Part shown: piece after piece, positions 22,968 through 37,075 of the stretch
Position numbering within the stretch: position 1 is the stretch's first letter
How the letters are laid out: every line of letters starts with the position of its first letter
Assembly: GCA_030390025.1 (NCBI GenBank)
Contig: CM059431.1
Location: forward strand, 135,224,001-135,288,000
Length of the DNA stretch: 64,000 bases
DNA from: Squalus acanthias
Taxonomy: Eukaryota
Reading direction: 5' to 3'
The notes under the pieces: model-generated
Told to the model about the DNA's origin: nothing
Seen by the model: the letters and a program-made list of their open reading frames with translations, nothing else
Databases searched by the model: none
Made by a program: the position numbers and the translations under genes

Positions 22968-25900
22968 ATGTGGGACCAGATTGCCGAGGCGGTCACTGCC
23001 AGCAGTGTCATCCCCAGGACCTAGCTCCAGTGCCCAAAGAAGTTTCATGGTCTCAGATGAGTGGTCAAGGTCAGTGAATACATCTTCAAAAGCTGTCTCC
23101 TACCAACTGCATCACTAGCCTCACACACTGCTCAATGCACGACCCCCACCTGCCAATCACTCACATACCAACAATCTCTACTAAATACGAGGCAGACCTC
23201 ATGTTCCTAGCTTCACCTCATCCTGTTGGAGGAGATGGTGCTGGCCATTCTTGGCAGGGGCATGGCTGAGCCCTTGGCCAGTGCTGTTATCCTTCTTCTC
23301 ACATCCCACTTCCCCCTAATCCCATAAAATCTTCTGATGTAAAAGCTGCACATGGTGTAAGCGTGAACCTCTTCCTTTCCCGCCCTCCCCTCACCACATG
23401 CTTGTGCCTTCCTCATTTCACATACCCAAGAAATCCAGCCTGCCCAGCCAGTGGTTCACCAAGAAAAGGGAGAGTAGAATGACGAAGAAGAAGAAACACT
23501 GTCACTCGATTTCACACTCCCAGCCACCTGCTCCTCGAGGTTATCCTGCAAGGCCACCTGCAGTGTCCCGCACTGAAAGTCAGCAGCCTTCCACCAGCCA
23601 TGCTGCAGCCACTATGTAACATCACTTGGATAGGCAAAGGCACACACAAGACAGTCACTAAGAGGATGCACAAGGGTGATTAGTTGATTTTTTGATGTAA
23701 TATTGGATGCATATATGGATCCTACAGCAACAACCTCCATCCTCGAACTCTCTACCCTTCAAATAGCTTCTGGACTTCACTCACCTGCTTTGGACAGCCA
23801 TTCGTCGATGCTCCGTACCGGCCCCATCCTGCTCACATCGGCTTGTCCTTCCCTGGGACTTCTGACTTTGACCCTGGTCTTCCTACTATTGTCCCCAACC
23901 TATTCCCTGCTACCAGGAAATTTGTATTCCATTATTAGCTGAGCTTTTCCCGTGTCCATTCGCGTGCGCACTTTGGCTGCCGCTCCGGACCCGAGCCATT
24001 CCACTTTTATCCCCCCTATTTTCCTTTTCTCTCTATCCCTCCCTGAAAGCACTCTCCTGTCGTCATGCCTCCTTTCATCTCTCCTCTCTCGGATACACTG
24101 CCCTCTCAAATCCCTACCCCAATCCTTCATTACTCTTTGACCTTCCTACTCACCTGCCGCCATCCCAGGCTTCACTCCCTCTTAGATAAGCCCACAGCTT
24201 CCCTCTGTGCCTCTCTTGGCATCCTACCAAGGGACCATCGAGGCACTCGTCGCAGCCACCTTACGAGCAGCAACCCCAACTGTCTCATCCTACTCTCTCG
24301 CCGACCTTCCCGCCCAGCGCGCCCACTGGGGGCAAATCTTTCCAATCTCCTCCCCATCGAACTCATCCCCCCTAGCGCCCGACCCTCTCCGCATCTTCCT
24401 CCAGAATGTCCATTCACTTGTGAACAAGGCCCTTGCCACCCATGAGCTTATCGTGGGTGACTGCATCGATATCATGGACCTGACGGAAACTTGGTTGAGG
24501 AGTGATGACACCTCACCCTTAAACGAAGCCTCCCCGCCTGGCTATACCTTCCACCACTTGCCCCGCTCAGACCGTCGTGGTGGTGGTGTGGCCCTCATCA
24601 CCAAATCACACCTTGGTCTGTCCCCCTACTCCTCCGGTAGTTTCTCCTCCTTTGAGCATCTCACCTTATTCCACCCCTCTCACCTCTCATTTAAAATCCT
24701 TGTTCTCTACCGCCCACCCAAGTACCATAAAATGTTATTACTGAGATATCTTCACTGTTCTCCTCCCGCAGCCTCTGCACCGAACGACTTCTCATCCTCG
24801 GTGATTTCAACCTCCATCTCAATTCATCATGCTCTCTCTCCTTTGAGTTCACTAGACTCCTATCCTCCCTTAATCTCTCCCTCCATGTAAACTCCCCAAC
24901 CCACATTCACGGCCACCCCCTCGACCTTGCCGTCTCTCGTGGCCTCGCTACTCCCATCGTGTCAATTGCAGATAAGGCCATCTCTGACCACTTCCTCATA
25001 TCGCTCTCCACCCACATCCCCCTTCCACCCACCCCGCCACAACCCTACTTCCTTCTGTGTCCGCCCCTGGAAAAAACTCTCTCCCAACTCTCTTACAACT
25101 GCACTTATGAAATTCCAACTGTCCAGCCTCTGGCCCTCCATTCACCATGACATTTCTGCAGCTACCGATCTGTTCAACCACACCCTCACCACTATCTTTG
25201 ATGCCATAGTCCCTACTAAAACAATTACTCTCTCTCTCACCCTGGCCGTTCCCCTTGTATGGCTCTCACCTTCGCTCCCAAGGGACGCAGACTCAAATGG
25301 ATATGGCAGACAACTGGTTTAGCCATTCACCGCCAGATCTGGGTGGACCACATAAAGCACTATCGGGCCCTGCTCTCATCTGCCAAAATTGCTCGCTATT
25401 CTAGAATCATTCTGGAATGCAAAGATAAACCCTGGTTCCTATTCCCTGCTGCTCTTCCTAAACCTCTCTCCCATGTCTCCTCCACCCTCACCTCCGATAA
25501 CAAATGTGAGGAGCTCATGGACTTCTTTGTTTTTAAGATTGACACCATCCGTTCAGCTGCCTCTGCCACTTCCCTTCCTTCCCTAGCCCACTGGGCCAAA
25601 CTTCCTCTAAGGTTCCCCCTGCCCTAGCCCTGAACTCACATCTTTCTCCAGTTTCTCTCCGATCTCCCTTCATGACCTCTCTGTGCTCATCTTGTCAATG
25701 ATACCCACCTCCTGCACCCTCGACCCTATTCCCACCAAACTGCTGACCACCCAACTTCCTTTTCTGACTCCCATGTTAGCTGATATTGTTAACGGTTCTC
25801 TCTCCTCAGGTACTGTCCCCCTCTCCCTCAAATCTGCTGTCATCACCCCTCTCCTCAAAAAACCAAACCTTGATCCCTCCGTCCTTGCAAACTACCACCC

Positions 25901-28056
25901 CATCTCCAACCTCCCTTTCCTCTCCAAAGTCCTTGAATGTGTTGTCGCCTCCCAAATCCGTTCCCATCTTTCCCGCAATTCCATGTTTGAATCCCTCCAA
26001 TCAGGTTTTCGCCCTGCCCCAGTACCAAAACGGCTCTCATCAAAGTCACAAATGACATCCTTTGTGACTGTGACAAAGGTAAACTATCCCTTCTCGTCCT
26101 TCTTAACTTGTCTGCAGCCTTTGACATGGTTGACCACTCCATCCTTCTCCAACGCCTCTCCACTATCGTCCAGCTGGGTGGGACTGCACTCGCCTGGTTC
26201 CATTCTTATCTATCTAATCGTAATCAGAGAATCACCTGCAATGGCTTCTCTTCCTGCTCCCGCATCGTTATCTCTGGTGTCCCCCAAGGATCTATCCTTG
26301 GCCCCCTCCTATTTCTCATCTACATGATGTGACATCATCCGAAATCACAGCATCAGCTTCCACATGTACGCTGACGATGCCCAGCTCTACCTCACTACCT
26401 CTTCTCTCGACCCCTGCACGGTGTCTAAATTGTCAGACTGCTTGTACGACATACAGTTTTGGATGAGCAAAAATTTTCTTCAATTAAATATTGGGAAAAC
26501 CGAAGCCATTGTTTTTGCTCCCCGCCACAAACTCCATTTCCTAGCCACTGACTCCATCCCTCTCCCTAACATCTGTCTGAGGCTGAACCACACTGTTCAC
26601 AACCTTGCTGTCATATTTGACCCTGAAATGAGCTTCCGACCACAAATCTACAGCATAACACTTCCACCTACTTCCACCTCCATAACATCTCCCGTCTCCG
26701 CCCTTGCCTCAGCTCATCCGCTGCTGAAACCCTCATCCATGCCTTTGTTGCCTCTAGACTTGACTATTCCAACGCACTCCTGGCTGGCCTCCCACATTCC
26801 ACCCTACGTAAACTTGAGGTCATCCAAAACTCGGCTGCCCGTGTCCTAACTCGCACCAAGTCCTGTTTGCCCATCACCCCTGTGCTCGCTGACCTACATT
26901 GGCCGGTTAAGCAGCGCCTCGATTTCAAAATTCTCATGCTTGTTTTCAAATCCCTCCATTGCCTCGCCGCTTCCTATCTCTGTAATGTCCTTCAGCCCCA
27001 CAACCCCCGGAGGTATCTGCGCTCCTCTAATTCTGCCCTCTTGAGGATCCCTGATTATAATCGCTTAACTATTGGTGGCCGGGCCTTCTGTTGCCTAGGC
27101 CCTAAGCTCTGGAATTCCCTGCCTAAACCTCTCTGCCTCGCTACCTCTCTTTCCTCCTTTAAGACGCTCCTTAAAACCTACCTCTTTGACCAAGCTTTTG
27201 GTCACCTGCCCTAATTTATCCTTATGTGGATCAGTGTCATTTTTTTTTGTTGCCTTAAAATAGCCTTGGGACGTTTTACTACGTTAAAGGTGCTATATAA
27301 ATACACGTTGTTGTTGTTGTTGATAAAGTTGAATTGGAAAGTTTGTTTTGTGGTGGCTTTTATTTCAGCATTGTGACCAAGAGGATGTTGTGATGGTCAG
27401 TAACAGAGGGAAGGTAAGGTGTGGGACTAATGTTGAAAGGGGAATTGGGTTTGTGGTCACTGGTACCGCAGGCGGATGATTCGATCCTGGATGTCCCGGC
27501 CAGAAAGGGACTGTCTGTGTTGCCTCCTTCCTCCTGCTTCTTCCTCTTCTGCTTCGTCCTCTTCCCTCTGTGGTCTTCTCAGAGGCCTTCCTTTAACATC
27601 CAAAGCCTTGCAAGCATCCAGCAGCACTCTCTGCACACTTTAACAACTTTTTAAATGTACTGCACCAGGCTGCTACTCCAATAAAATGTAAAAAAAAGTC
27701 TGAAAGCTAAAATCTAACCGTACCTGAAAGATATGTGTGTCCCTATAAGAAGTGCTGGCAGCGACTGTCGTACTGCTGCACGCACATTCTTCTGTGTGTG
27801 GTTTGGAGAGGGTGGTATCCAAGCGGCCTCATCCAAATTCACAGTCGTGCATCAATTCAGGCGTTGCATGCCGATTGACTATGATCTGCATAATTTACCT
27901 GTATGCGGCGAGTGCAGGCAACAGTAGCGCTACCGATCTCCCCAAAATGGCCCAAAATGGCAGCCGCCACGTTCTGCAACGGAAGTGAGGCGGCCACCAT
28001 TTTGTCAGAAAAACTGGCCTTAACGGCTGGCGTGAGAGCTCCGAATTTTGCAGCCT
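22968..28056. mobile_element. Degenerate PIF/Harbinger remnant (22968-23715 and 27325-28056) split by an L2
   Basis: 22968-23080 resembles the Myb/SANT exon at 32430-32530, and 23570-23660 resembles 35270-35378. Terminus-like GAATTTTGCAGCC at 28043-28056. Confidence 0.6.
23720..27322 (+). mobile_element. Degenerate L2-clade LINE (APE endonuclease and RT)
   Basis: LQNVHSL, LTETWL, LYRPP, LDPIPT, PISNLPFLSK, GVPQGSILGP, YADD and PITPVL..LHW peptides. (GTT)n tail at 27307-27322. Confidence 0.92.
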
Positions 28057-29250
28057 ATACCTTTAGACATCCAGGGAGTTATAGCTTAGGATGCCTTTCC
28101 CTTCACTCTCGTGGGAACATATCTAGTCTGTACCTGAACTATCTCCTCCTTGAAGGCCTCCCATTGCTCATTTACTGTTTTACCTCCCAATCTTTGAATC
28201 GATTTCCACCTGAGCCAGATCCATTTTCAACTCACTGAAATTAGCCCTCCTCCAGCTTAGTATTTTCACGTTTAATTGTTCCTTGTCCTTTTCCATAACT
28301 ACTCTAAACTTAATAATATTGTGATCACTATTTCCCAAATGCTTCCTCACTGAAACATGCTGCACTTGCCCCACTTCATTCCCTAGAACCAGATCCAGTG
28401 CTGCTTCCTTCCTTGATATGATAGCAAAATACTGCGGATGCTGGAAATCCGAAATAACAACAGAAAATGCTGGAAAAACTCAGCAGGCCAGACAACATCC
28501 GTGGAGAGAGAAACAGAGTTAACGTTTCAGGTCGAAACCCTTCGTCGGAACCAACGAAGGGTTTCGACCTGAAACGTTAACTCTGTTTCTCTCTCCACTG
28601 ATGTTGCCTGGCCTGCTGAGTTTTTCCAGCATTTTCTGTTGTTATTTCTGTTTCCTTCCTTGTTGGGCTGGAAACACACTGCTCAAGAAAGTTCACTTGT
28701 ACACATTTCAGGAACTCGTCCCCCTCTTTACCCATAACGCTGTCATTTTCCAGTCTATGTTAGGATAATTGAAGTTTCCTATTATCACTACTCTCTAGTT
28801 CTTGCATCATTCTGTAATTTGCCTGCAAATTTGTTCCTCTATCTCCTTCCCACTATTTGGGAGCCTATAGTAAACACTCAGCAGCGTAATAGCTGCTCTA
28901 TTGTTCGTTAATTCTTACCAAGTACATCATCCCTTTCCAGTGCTGTAACAGTATATTTGACCAATAGTGCCACCCCTTCCTTTTGTTCCTGTCCTATCTT
29001 TCCTGAATAACTTGTAGTCAGGAATATTAAGTTCCCAATCCTCCCCTTGTCTGAGCCAGGTCTCTGTTATTGCCTCTATATCACAGCCCCATGTGGCAAG
29101 TTGTGTCTGCAGCTCACCAACCTTATTTACAATACTCCATGCATTTATGCACATGCACTCCAATCCTATCCTAGCCTGCCTTGCATTTTACTCCCTGTAC
29201 GATCCCTCCTATATCTGAACTACTCTATGTTCTAATTGCTATGCAGGACA
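28057..29250 (-). mobile_element. Degenerate CR1 endonuclease-region fragment
   Basis: INAWSIVNK..ITETWL and LGNSDHN peptides. Confidence 0.85.
28416..28648 (-). mobile_element. Short Penelope-derived fold-back insertion (second family) with degenerate hammerhead motifs
   Basis: 95-bp arms 28451-28545 and 28554-28648, and a 35-nt tail at 28416-28450. 14-bp TSD TGCTTCCTTCCTTG / TGTTTCCTTCCTTG. Confidence 0.85.
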
Positions 29251-29280
29251 TTCCACCAACAGAATCACTCTCCATACAAT

Positions 29281-30172
29281 GGGGGAAAAATTCAGTATCG
29301 CCCCGTTTGGGGTGCCATTATCGGCCGGGCGCAAAGTTTAGCGCCTGGCGCTAATTATCGCCTCCGACTGCAAACTTGACTTTTATCACCCTTGGAGGTG
29401 ATTGGAGTGCTAAATCAGGCGCTACACACCTGTCTTAAGGCGCAAAGGCCGAGGAGCGAGGCGCTAACTCAGAGCGCTGGCGAAGCTCATGTGATGTCAG
29501 TCAGCAATGGAACACAGACACAATGGTGCCGGCCAGTTCTTAAAGGGGAGGGTCGATCTTGCTCTACATTCACAACCTGCTCATTGCAGCCTTGAATCTC
29601 GGTCTGGAGAGACCTGTACATCAAATCTGCTGGAAAGAACAATGGAGAGGCCCAGGGAAAGAGCTCAGAGTGCAGCCCCCATATTCTCCTCTAAATCGAT
29701 ACAAGGAAGATCAAACCAGAAAGAACCTGCAAAGTGCTGCTCAGTACCCAAAACTCCTCAACACAGCTTTGAATATCTCCTGCAGTCTCTCTCTCTCACT
29801 CAGAATGCGTGGTGCAAAAATGTCGCCAACAAAAAAAGGCAGGAAGCGGTCGCCTTTAAATAGCACTCTCCCAGTCCTTTCCTGACTGCAAAACGCTCCC
29901 CTCAACCTGTCGTTGCTAGCGGCAGGCGGTAAGAAAGGGGGCGCCACTCAATATCCGGTCTGGGGCGCTACCGGGGCATTGCACTCTCGACTGACGTCAC
30001 GATCGGCCGGCGCAGGAGATCGTGGCGGTAGTGTTTAGCGCCGCCGCAAAATGTCTAGTTAATTTTGTGAGCGGCGCAAAGATCGCCACGCACGGGCACT
30101 AGTTGCTTTGCGCCCCATTAGTGCCCTCTTAAGGCGCTAACAGGAGGCGCAATCCAACTGAATTTTTCCCCC
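29281..30172 (+). mobile_element. Harbinger-like MITE, family C
   Basis: Perfect TIR GGGGGAAAAATTCAGT / ACTGAATTTTTCCCCC. Homologous to 60571-61379 and shares its right end with family A. Confidence 0.9.
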
Positions 30173-31189
30173 ACTGTGTTTTAAATTGTTTTGAGTACTT
30201 TTCAAATAGGAGATGATTTAAAAAATTTGTGTTCATGTAGGGAAGAAACTACAGGTGATCAGAGAAAAGCTATTTTGAATGAATTTTATTGCAATGTTAT
30301 GTTACATGTTCACTTTTCCTGATCAAGCTCAGTTGATCTTTTCAGGGTCTGGATGACCAAGATAATATGACATGATTTTAACATTACTTTGTTAAAAGTT
30401 AACTGATCTACAATGCTGATTGCCTTTTCAGTTGATCTTACAAAACCTCCTTGCTGAGTTCTCATTTTAATTGGGGTAAGAAGAAGTCTTAACCAGTTCA
30501 GTACTTACTAATTGAATATTGACAATTTTGGTTATTTGTCTTCGGGTAAAATTGTGAGTTACGTTTATGTTCTTGACTGGGAATAGAATTCTGGGGAATT
30601 AATTTGGAGTAACTCAAGACACAAATAGCTTATTCAGGTTGTTTGGTCAATAATCTTATTACATTCTCTGTTTTATTTCATACTATGTTGTAATGGAAAA
30701 GCTGACAACATGCTTTCTATATGTGGTACAATAATTTACCTAATAATTGAGTTTCTTACTCCCTTCGTCTGACTCTCCAATGCAGCAGTATTTCAAATGT
30801 CAGACATGCCTGCACAACAGACTGTAACTGAATATAAACCACGTTGATCCAGATTGAATGAGTTCCTTTTGACTTTACTGATTTCATCCCTGCTTTGATT
30901 TTATATCAGTATAAAAACAATTAATTTTTTGAAACCTCTTAATTTAACTCCTGTTGATTAAAGCATATTGGTACAGTGGTATAACAGTCTGCCACTCTGG
31001 ATGCTGACCCTACTATTGCACTGTAGTTTGAATTTGTGACAGTATAAATGCCAATGTGCACTCTGACTTAATACATATCACTTCTTGATAGTTGAACAAC
31101 AAAAAAGCTCTGTGTTGCATTGGTGTAAAAATCACATTTTCACTGGATGATTAAATAGCAAAGCATTTGAGGCTTATAAACTCTGCAAT

Positions 31190-31882
31190 AGATTTGTGTT
31201 CACAAATCTTTGAAGGTGGCAGAGCAAGTTGATAAGGCGGTTCAGAAAACATATGGGATATTTGGCTTTGTAAATAACAGCATTGAATACCAAAACAAGA
31301 AAGTCATGCTGAACCTTTACTGAGCTTTATGTACAATTCTAGGCACCAGGATGTCAAGGCCCTGGAGAGGGTACAGAGGAGGTTTACCAGGATGATACCA
31401 GGAATGAGGGAGTTCAGTTATGTATAGATATTGGAGAAGATGTGATTATTCTCCTTAGAGCAGAGAAAGTTAATAGAGTTTTCCAAATTATATGGGGTTT
31501 TGATTGAGTAAGTAGGGAGAAACTATTTTTTCTGGCAAGTGGATCAGTAACCAGAGGTCACAGATTTAAAATAATTGGAAAAAGAACTAGAGGGAAAATG
31601 AGGAGACATTATTTCACACAGAGGGTGGGTATGATCTGGAACGCATTACCTGAAAGTGTGGTGGAATCAGATTCCATAGGAACTTTCAAAATGCAATTGG
31701 ACATGTATTTGAAGAGGACTAATTAGCAGGGTTATAGTGAAAAAGCAGGTGTGTGAGGCTAAATTGGACAGCTCTTTCAAAGAGCCGGCACAGTCAAGAA
31801 TCTTCTTAGGCAGTCCCTCAGAACCGAGGATGGTCAAGAATGGCCACCTTCTGTGCTGCAAGGTTGATTCTATACTGATGTG
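31190..31882 (+). mobile_element. Old CR1 3' fragment
   Basis: Degenerate C-terminal ORF2 sequence (ACCAGAGGTCACAGATTTAAA, TTCACACAGAGGGTG) and 3'UTR similar to the other CR1 ends. Confidence 0.8.
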
Positions 31883-32314
31883 ATTTAGTTTGAAAACAAG
31901 AACAACAACTTGCATTTATATATCATCTTTATTTAAATTGCTGCCCAAAAACTTAATTAATTGTTGAAGACATGAAAGATAGTGGGGGCTAAATTCGATA
32001 GCCCCCGAAAATGGGCATGGGGATCGTGATGTGTGATAAACCCGCGCCTGTTGCTTCCGATGCAGGCAGCATGCCAACTTTGTGCTGCCTGCTAATTTAC
32101 ATGATTGCTGCTTGCAGCCAGTGCTAACCGCACTGTTGAATTGCTGCACACTTCAGCAGGGGAACCAAAATTGGGAGAGGCTAGCACCCCTTAAAGCAAG
32201 TCTGCACTACTTAAAGCCAGCCTCTACCTCTTAAAGTGGAGGTGCATTGTGGCTGAAGCAGGTGGTGGAAGTCTGTGTGCAACTCATCGTGAAGTGTAAA
32301 AAGACTGGCACAAC

Positions 32315-33875
32315 ATGACTTCAACATTTTCCGACGCTGCACTGAAGGGCTTGGTGGAGGAGGTGGAGAGGAGGAGAGATGTTCTCTATCCACAGGGGGC
32401 CAGGAGGCCCTCCAGACAAATTCTCAGAAGGCAGTGGGACCAGAGTCAATGCCAGGAGTCAAGCCTCAAGGTCCTGGATGCAGTGCCACAAAAAGTTCAA
32501 TGACCTCGCACGAGTGATCAAGTTCAATGATTGTATCTTCAAATGCCATTCCCACGAACTGCACCACTAGCTTCAGCAATTGCTCAATGTACCACATCCC
32601 CATCACTCATCTACTGACAATCTCTATCAATCAAAGTAACATTCATAGCTTCACTTCACCCTCATACACTTAGCACTGTTGTAAGCCTCACACCCACATC
32701 TCCCAGCTTGCACACACTGCCAGCTATTCAACCATGACAGCCACATCACCCAAACAGATTGCACCGCACTCACCAACACACTTCCCTCTCTCTTGCAGGA
32801 CAAGGTGGTGCACAACCAGAGGCAGCAGGACCTAACCAACGGGGGACAGGCATGGCTGCATCCTTACCGCCATGGAGAAGACGGAGCTTGCCATCTTTGA
32901 AGCGGCCATTGCTGAGGCCGTGGGCAGCAGCGGAGCTGAAACCATAGAAGATGACAGTATCCCCATACCTAATCCTCCTTCTCACATTCCACCTCCCCCT
33001 CATCCCAAAATTTCTTCTGATTGACACGCTGCACATGCAGCTCTTACTTTCCCCTCCTCCCCTCACCACAGCCTTACCCTTGTGCCTTTCTCCTTTCAGA
33101 TATCCAAATTCTGCAACCTGGCCGGGCAGTGGTGGAAGAGCAACAGGTGGAAGAACAAGAAGACAGTGATGATGAAGAAACACCATCACTTGACTTCACA
33201 CTCACAGCCACCAGCTCAGATACTGACACTGTGCGTAATTTAGAGGATAGCGTAGAGGCGGGATCTGCACGTGGTGCGACACCGGGCATGAGTAGTCTAC
33301 AGCCAGGGCAGGGGGCAAGCATAGTGCAGGTGCCAGCTCGCTAGAGGGCGAGGTCGCACACGAGTTCTGCTGCATAGGACTAAGATGAGCACTTCGATGG
33401 GGCGGCCTACAGAAGAAGGCTGATGTGTATGCACAATGAAACGCTTGGTGCATTGGAAGGCCTGGCAGAAAGCCTGCATGAAGGAGCTTGGAGAAGTCCG
33501 GCATCAACTTGGCACAGGGCTTTGCGAAGAGCTTGGAGCACTTCCTTTCCAGCGTGGAAGTAGTGGGAAACTCCATTAGCACACTTGTGGACCCAACCAT
33601 GATGCAGCTTCTGATGGACGATGTCTTAGCTTCCATTGAAGCAAAAGTAGAAGCCACCCAATGTCTGGGTGCTGCAGTGGAAGCTCAGACAGGTCTCATG
33701 CAAGCTCAGCTTGCTGCCATGCAAGTACAGACTGCTGCCATCATGGAAGTGGCTACCAGTGTTCAAAGGGGTTTGCAGGGTGTCACAACAGTCCAGCAAT
33801 CCGTCCTCCAACAGATTACTAGGAATGCTGAGGTGCCGCCCTGGGGAGGGGCAGTGGCTCTGTGGAGCACAAACC
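32315..33875 (+). pseudogene. Harbinger Myb/SANT-like DNA-binding accessory gene (intron-containing, decayed)
   Basis: FSDAALKGLVEEVERRRDVLY..W..RSWMQCHKKFNDL motif. Polypyrimidine-AG acceptors end at 32798 and 33099. Confidence 0.8.
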
Positions 33876-35090
33876 TTTTTTCTTATTCGTTCCTGGGATG
33901 TGAGCGTCGCTGGCAAGGCCAGCATTTATTACCCATCCCTAATTGCCCTTGTGAAGGTGGTGGTGAGCCACCTTCTTGAACCACTGCAGTCCGTGTGGTG
34001 AATGTACTCCCACGATGTTGTTAGGGAGGGAGTTCCAGGATTTTGACCCTGCGACAATGAAGGAATGGCAAAATATTTCCAAGTCAGGATGGTGTGTGAC
34101 TTGGAGGGGAACTTGGAGGTGGTGGTGTTCCCATGCGCCTGCTTACCTTAACCTTCGAGGTGGAAGAACTCGTGGGTTTGGAAGGTGCTGCCGAAGAAGC
34201 CTTGCCGAGTTGCTGCAGTGCATCTTGTAGATGGTACACACTGCAGCCACGGTGCACTGGTGGTGGAGAGAGTGAATGGTTAAGGTGGTGGATGGGGTGC
34301 CAATCAAGCGGGCTGTTTTGTCCTGGATGGTGTCGAGCTTCTTGAGTGTTGTTGGAGCTGCACTCATCCAGGCAAGTGGAGAGTTTTCCATCACACTCCT
34401 GACTTGTACCTTGTAGATGGTGGAAAGGCTTTGGGGAGTCAGGAGGTGAGACAATCGCCACAGAATACCCAGCCTCTGACCTGCTCTTGTGGCCACAGTA
34501 TTTATGTGGCTGGTCCAGTTAAGTTTCGGGTCAATGGTGACCCTCCAGGATATTGATGGTGGGGGATTCGCCGATGGTAATCCCGTTGAATGTCAAGGAG
34601 CAGTAGCTAGATACTCGCTTTTTGGAGATAGCCATTGCCTGGCACTTGTGTGACGTGAATGTTACTTGCCACTGATCAGACCAAGCCTGAATGTCGTACA
34701 GGGCTTGCTGCATGCGGACATGGCCTGCTTCATTATGTGGGGAGTTGCGAATGGAACTGAACACTTAAATCATCAGTGAACATCACCACCTCTGACCTTA
34801 TGATGGATGGAAGATCATTGATGAAGCAGCTAAAGATGGTTGGGCCTAGGACACTGCCCTGAGGAACTCCTGCAGCGATGTCCTGGGGCTGAGATATTTG
34901 ACCTCCAACAACCACAATCATCTTCCTTTGTGCTTGGTATGACTCCAGCCAGTGGAGAGTTTTCCCTGATTCCCATTGACTTCAATTTTACTCCTTGATG
35001 CCAGACTCGGTCAAATGCTGCCTTGAAATCAAGGGCAGTCACTCTCACCTCACCTGGAATCCAGCTCATTTGTCCATGTTTGGACCAAGG
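33875..35090 (-). mobile_element. 5'-truncated CR1-group (Zenon-like) LINE
   Basis: [32 protein letters not shown] and LSTIYKVQVRSVME peptides. Confidence 0.85.
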
Positions 35091-35378
35091 CTGCCCTCTC
35101 TCAGGATGACAGCATTCGTCCTTCCAGCGCTGCCACTCCGCCAGTGCCCTTGCTGTTGCCTGTCAGCCAGCCAGCCGAGACTGCTGCCGCGCATGTCGAG
35201 ATGGTGCATTCAGAAGCTGGGCTTTCTAGGCCCAGAGCTGCTTGAGGTCATCCTCCAAGGCCATCTGCGGTCTCCCCATTGAAAATCAGCAGCCTTCCAC
35301 CAGCCATGCTGCATCCACTGGCGTAGCACTGCGTAGAGACACTCTGACAGGCAAAGGCACACAGAAGACAAACACTAA

Positions 35379-37075
35379 GGCTGCGATTTTACCGACCTCA
35401 GCAGGTCCGGGTCCGGTGGCGGTCTGCGACCCCGCTGCTGGCTCCAGCCCGCTCTGTAGAATGATTTTATGTTGATTGGGCTTGTTAAGCCCACCCAGCG
35501 CGTTTCCCGGCCAACTGAAGGAAGCGGGTCTGATGATATCATTTGATGACGCGTCATCAGCCGGTTTCCTTAAAGGGACCATGCGCAAATTTATTTTGAC
35601 AGTTGTGCTGTCAGTGTTCTACAGCATTGAGGTGCTGCAAACACTGACAAGCACTGCACAGAGGTGCACGCCTGCACCCAGGCTCTCCTGTGGCTCCCTC
35701 CATATCTTTATGGAGGGAGTCACAGCATGCAGGGAGGCCCTCTTCCCTTCCCATGGGCGGAAGAGACCTCCCCAGGTTGCACGTTGCACAGGAGGACACA
35801 AGCAGAGATATTATTAGGAGGACCAGGCTGCAGTGGCGCAAACCTTTCAATGATCTCAGTAGATCATGAAACGTTACTGCAAAGCCACACTCAACCTCAT
35901 CCTGCTGTGCCACTCATCACATCCCCGTCACTCTGCCTTCCTTACCCTACTCCTGCACATCCTTACTCACACCAACTTACCTTGCACCTCCACCCATCCC
36001 TCTCTATCTACATTATCACTTCCCTATCTCACTAGCCCCGCCTCACACTCACCCTCATCCTAGTCCAATCATACCAAGTAACAACACATAAGGAGAGGCA
36101 CTTGGGTGTTTTAGACAATGTTCATGTGAAGTTTCTGTTAATGTGCTGTCAAACATTGAAATCTTTATTTTCAACACTTTGTGTTCTTGGACAGATTTGT
36201 GTGCACCTTTGGAAGTGGCTTAGTGAGTTGCAGTGAATGGCGAGACATAACGGTACCCCCCACAATGGGGATGAGTGTGCAAGGAATGTCTTGGGTATTG
36301 TAGGGATGCTTTATGGTGTTGGTGTGGGGTGGTGCCAACCTGGCGCATCATGTGGCAGCCAGGGTGTACAGTGTCAAGTGAAGTAAATCTGGCCATGGTG
36401 AGGTCATCCCTGGCCTTTCGCACAGCAATGTGGTCAGGTGCTGATGCCCTCTGTCCTGTGCAGCATCAGTTGATTGCGGAGAAGATTGATGTTGTTGGTG
36501 GTGCTGCTGGTGTGCCTGGTGCTGCTGGTGTGCCTGGTGCTGCTGGTGTTGGGGCTGATCATGGTGGGATTATGACGACCAAGGTGAGATAGTTTCAAGG
36601 GCACTGATGCTGATGGAGTAGATGGCAGGTGAAGCTGAGATGACAAAAGCGATCTGTCAATGGTGAGAGATGTTCCAATGAGCTGACATTGGAGACAGAG
36701 TTTATTCCAAACCCTTGCATTCTGCATAAAGCTCAATCTGTCTTCCAAATGCAGTAAGCAACAGTTTCTGACCTTGGAAAATGAACAGCTATGAGATGGG
36801 AGCTTTTATAGCACATTTGCAACTGTCAAGTAATGAGATGATTCCATGGTAACACAATTCCAGACCCGCTTACCTGACGTGATCCTCGAGCAGCGTGGAA
36901 CCCGTGGGCGACCTCGTAAAATGTAAAGGTGAGCTCAAAATAGTTTTTAAGTGGCTGTTAACAAACTCTTTATTACCTAAATTGCCTCCCCCGCCGCTTG
37001 GTGTCAGGTCTGTTCAGCGCTGAGAGACACGACATCTGGGAAACTAGCGTGGCGGCGGGTTGACAGCGGGTTCCC
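35379..37075 (+). mobile_element. Non-autonomous Harbinger-derived element nested between the two Harbinger genes
   Basis: Terminus GGCTGCGATTTT. Body homologous to 7236-7520 plus 13302-14291 and to 52000-52960. Right end unclear. Confidence 0.65.

Noticed and set aside
30432..30475. AG..GTAAG-bounded candidate exon
   Set aside because: Stop codons in all three frames; could only be non-coding, and there is no other support.
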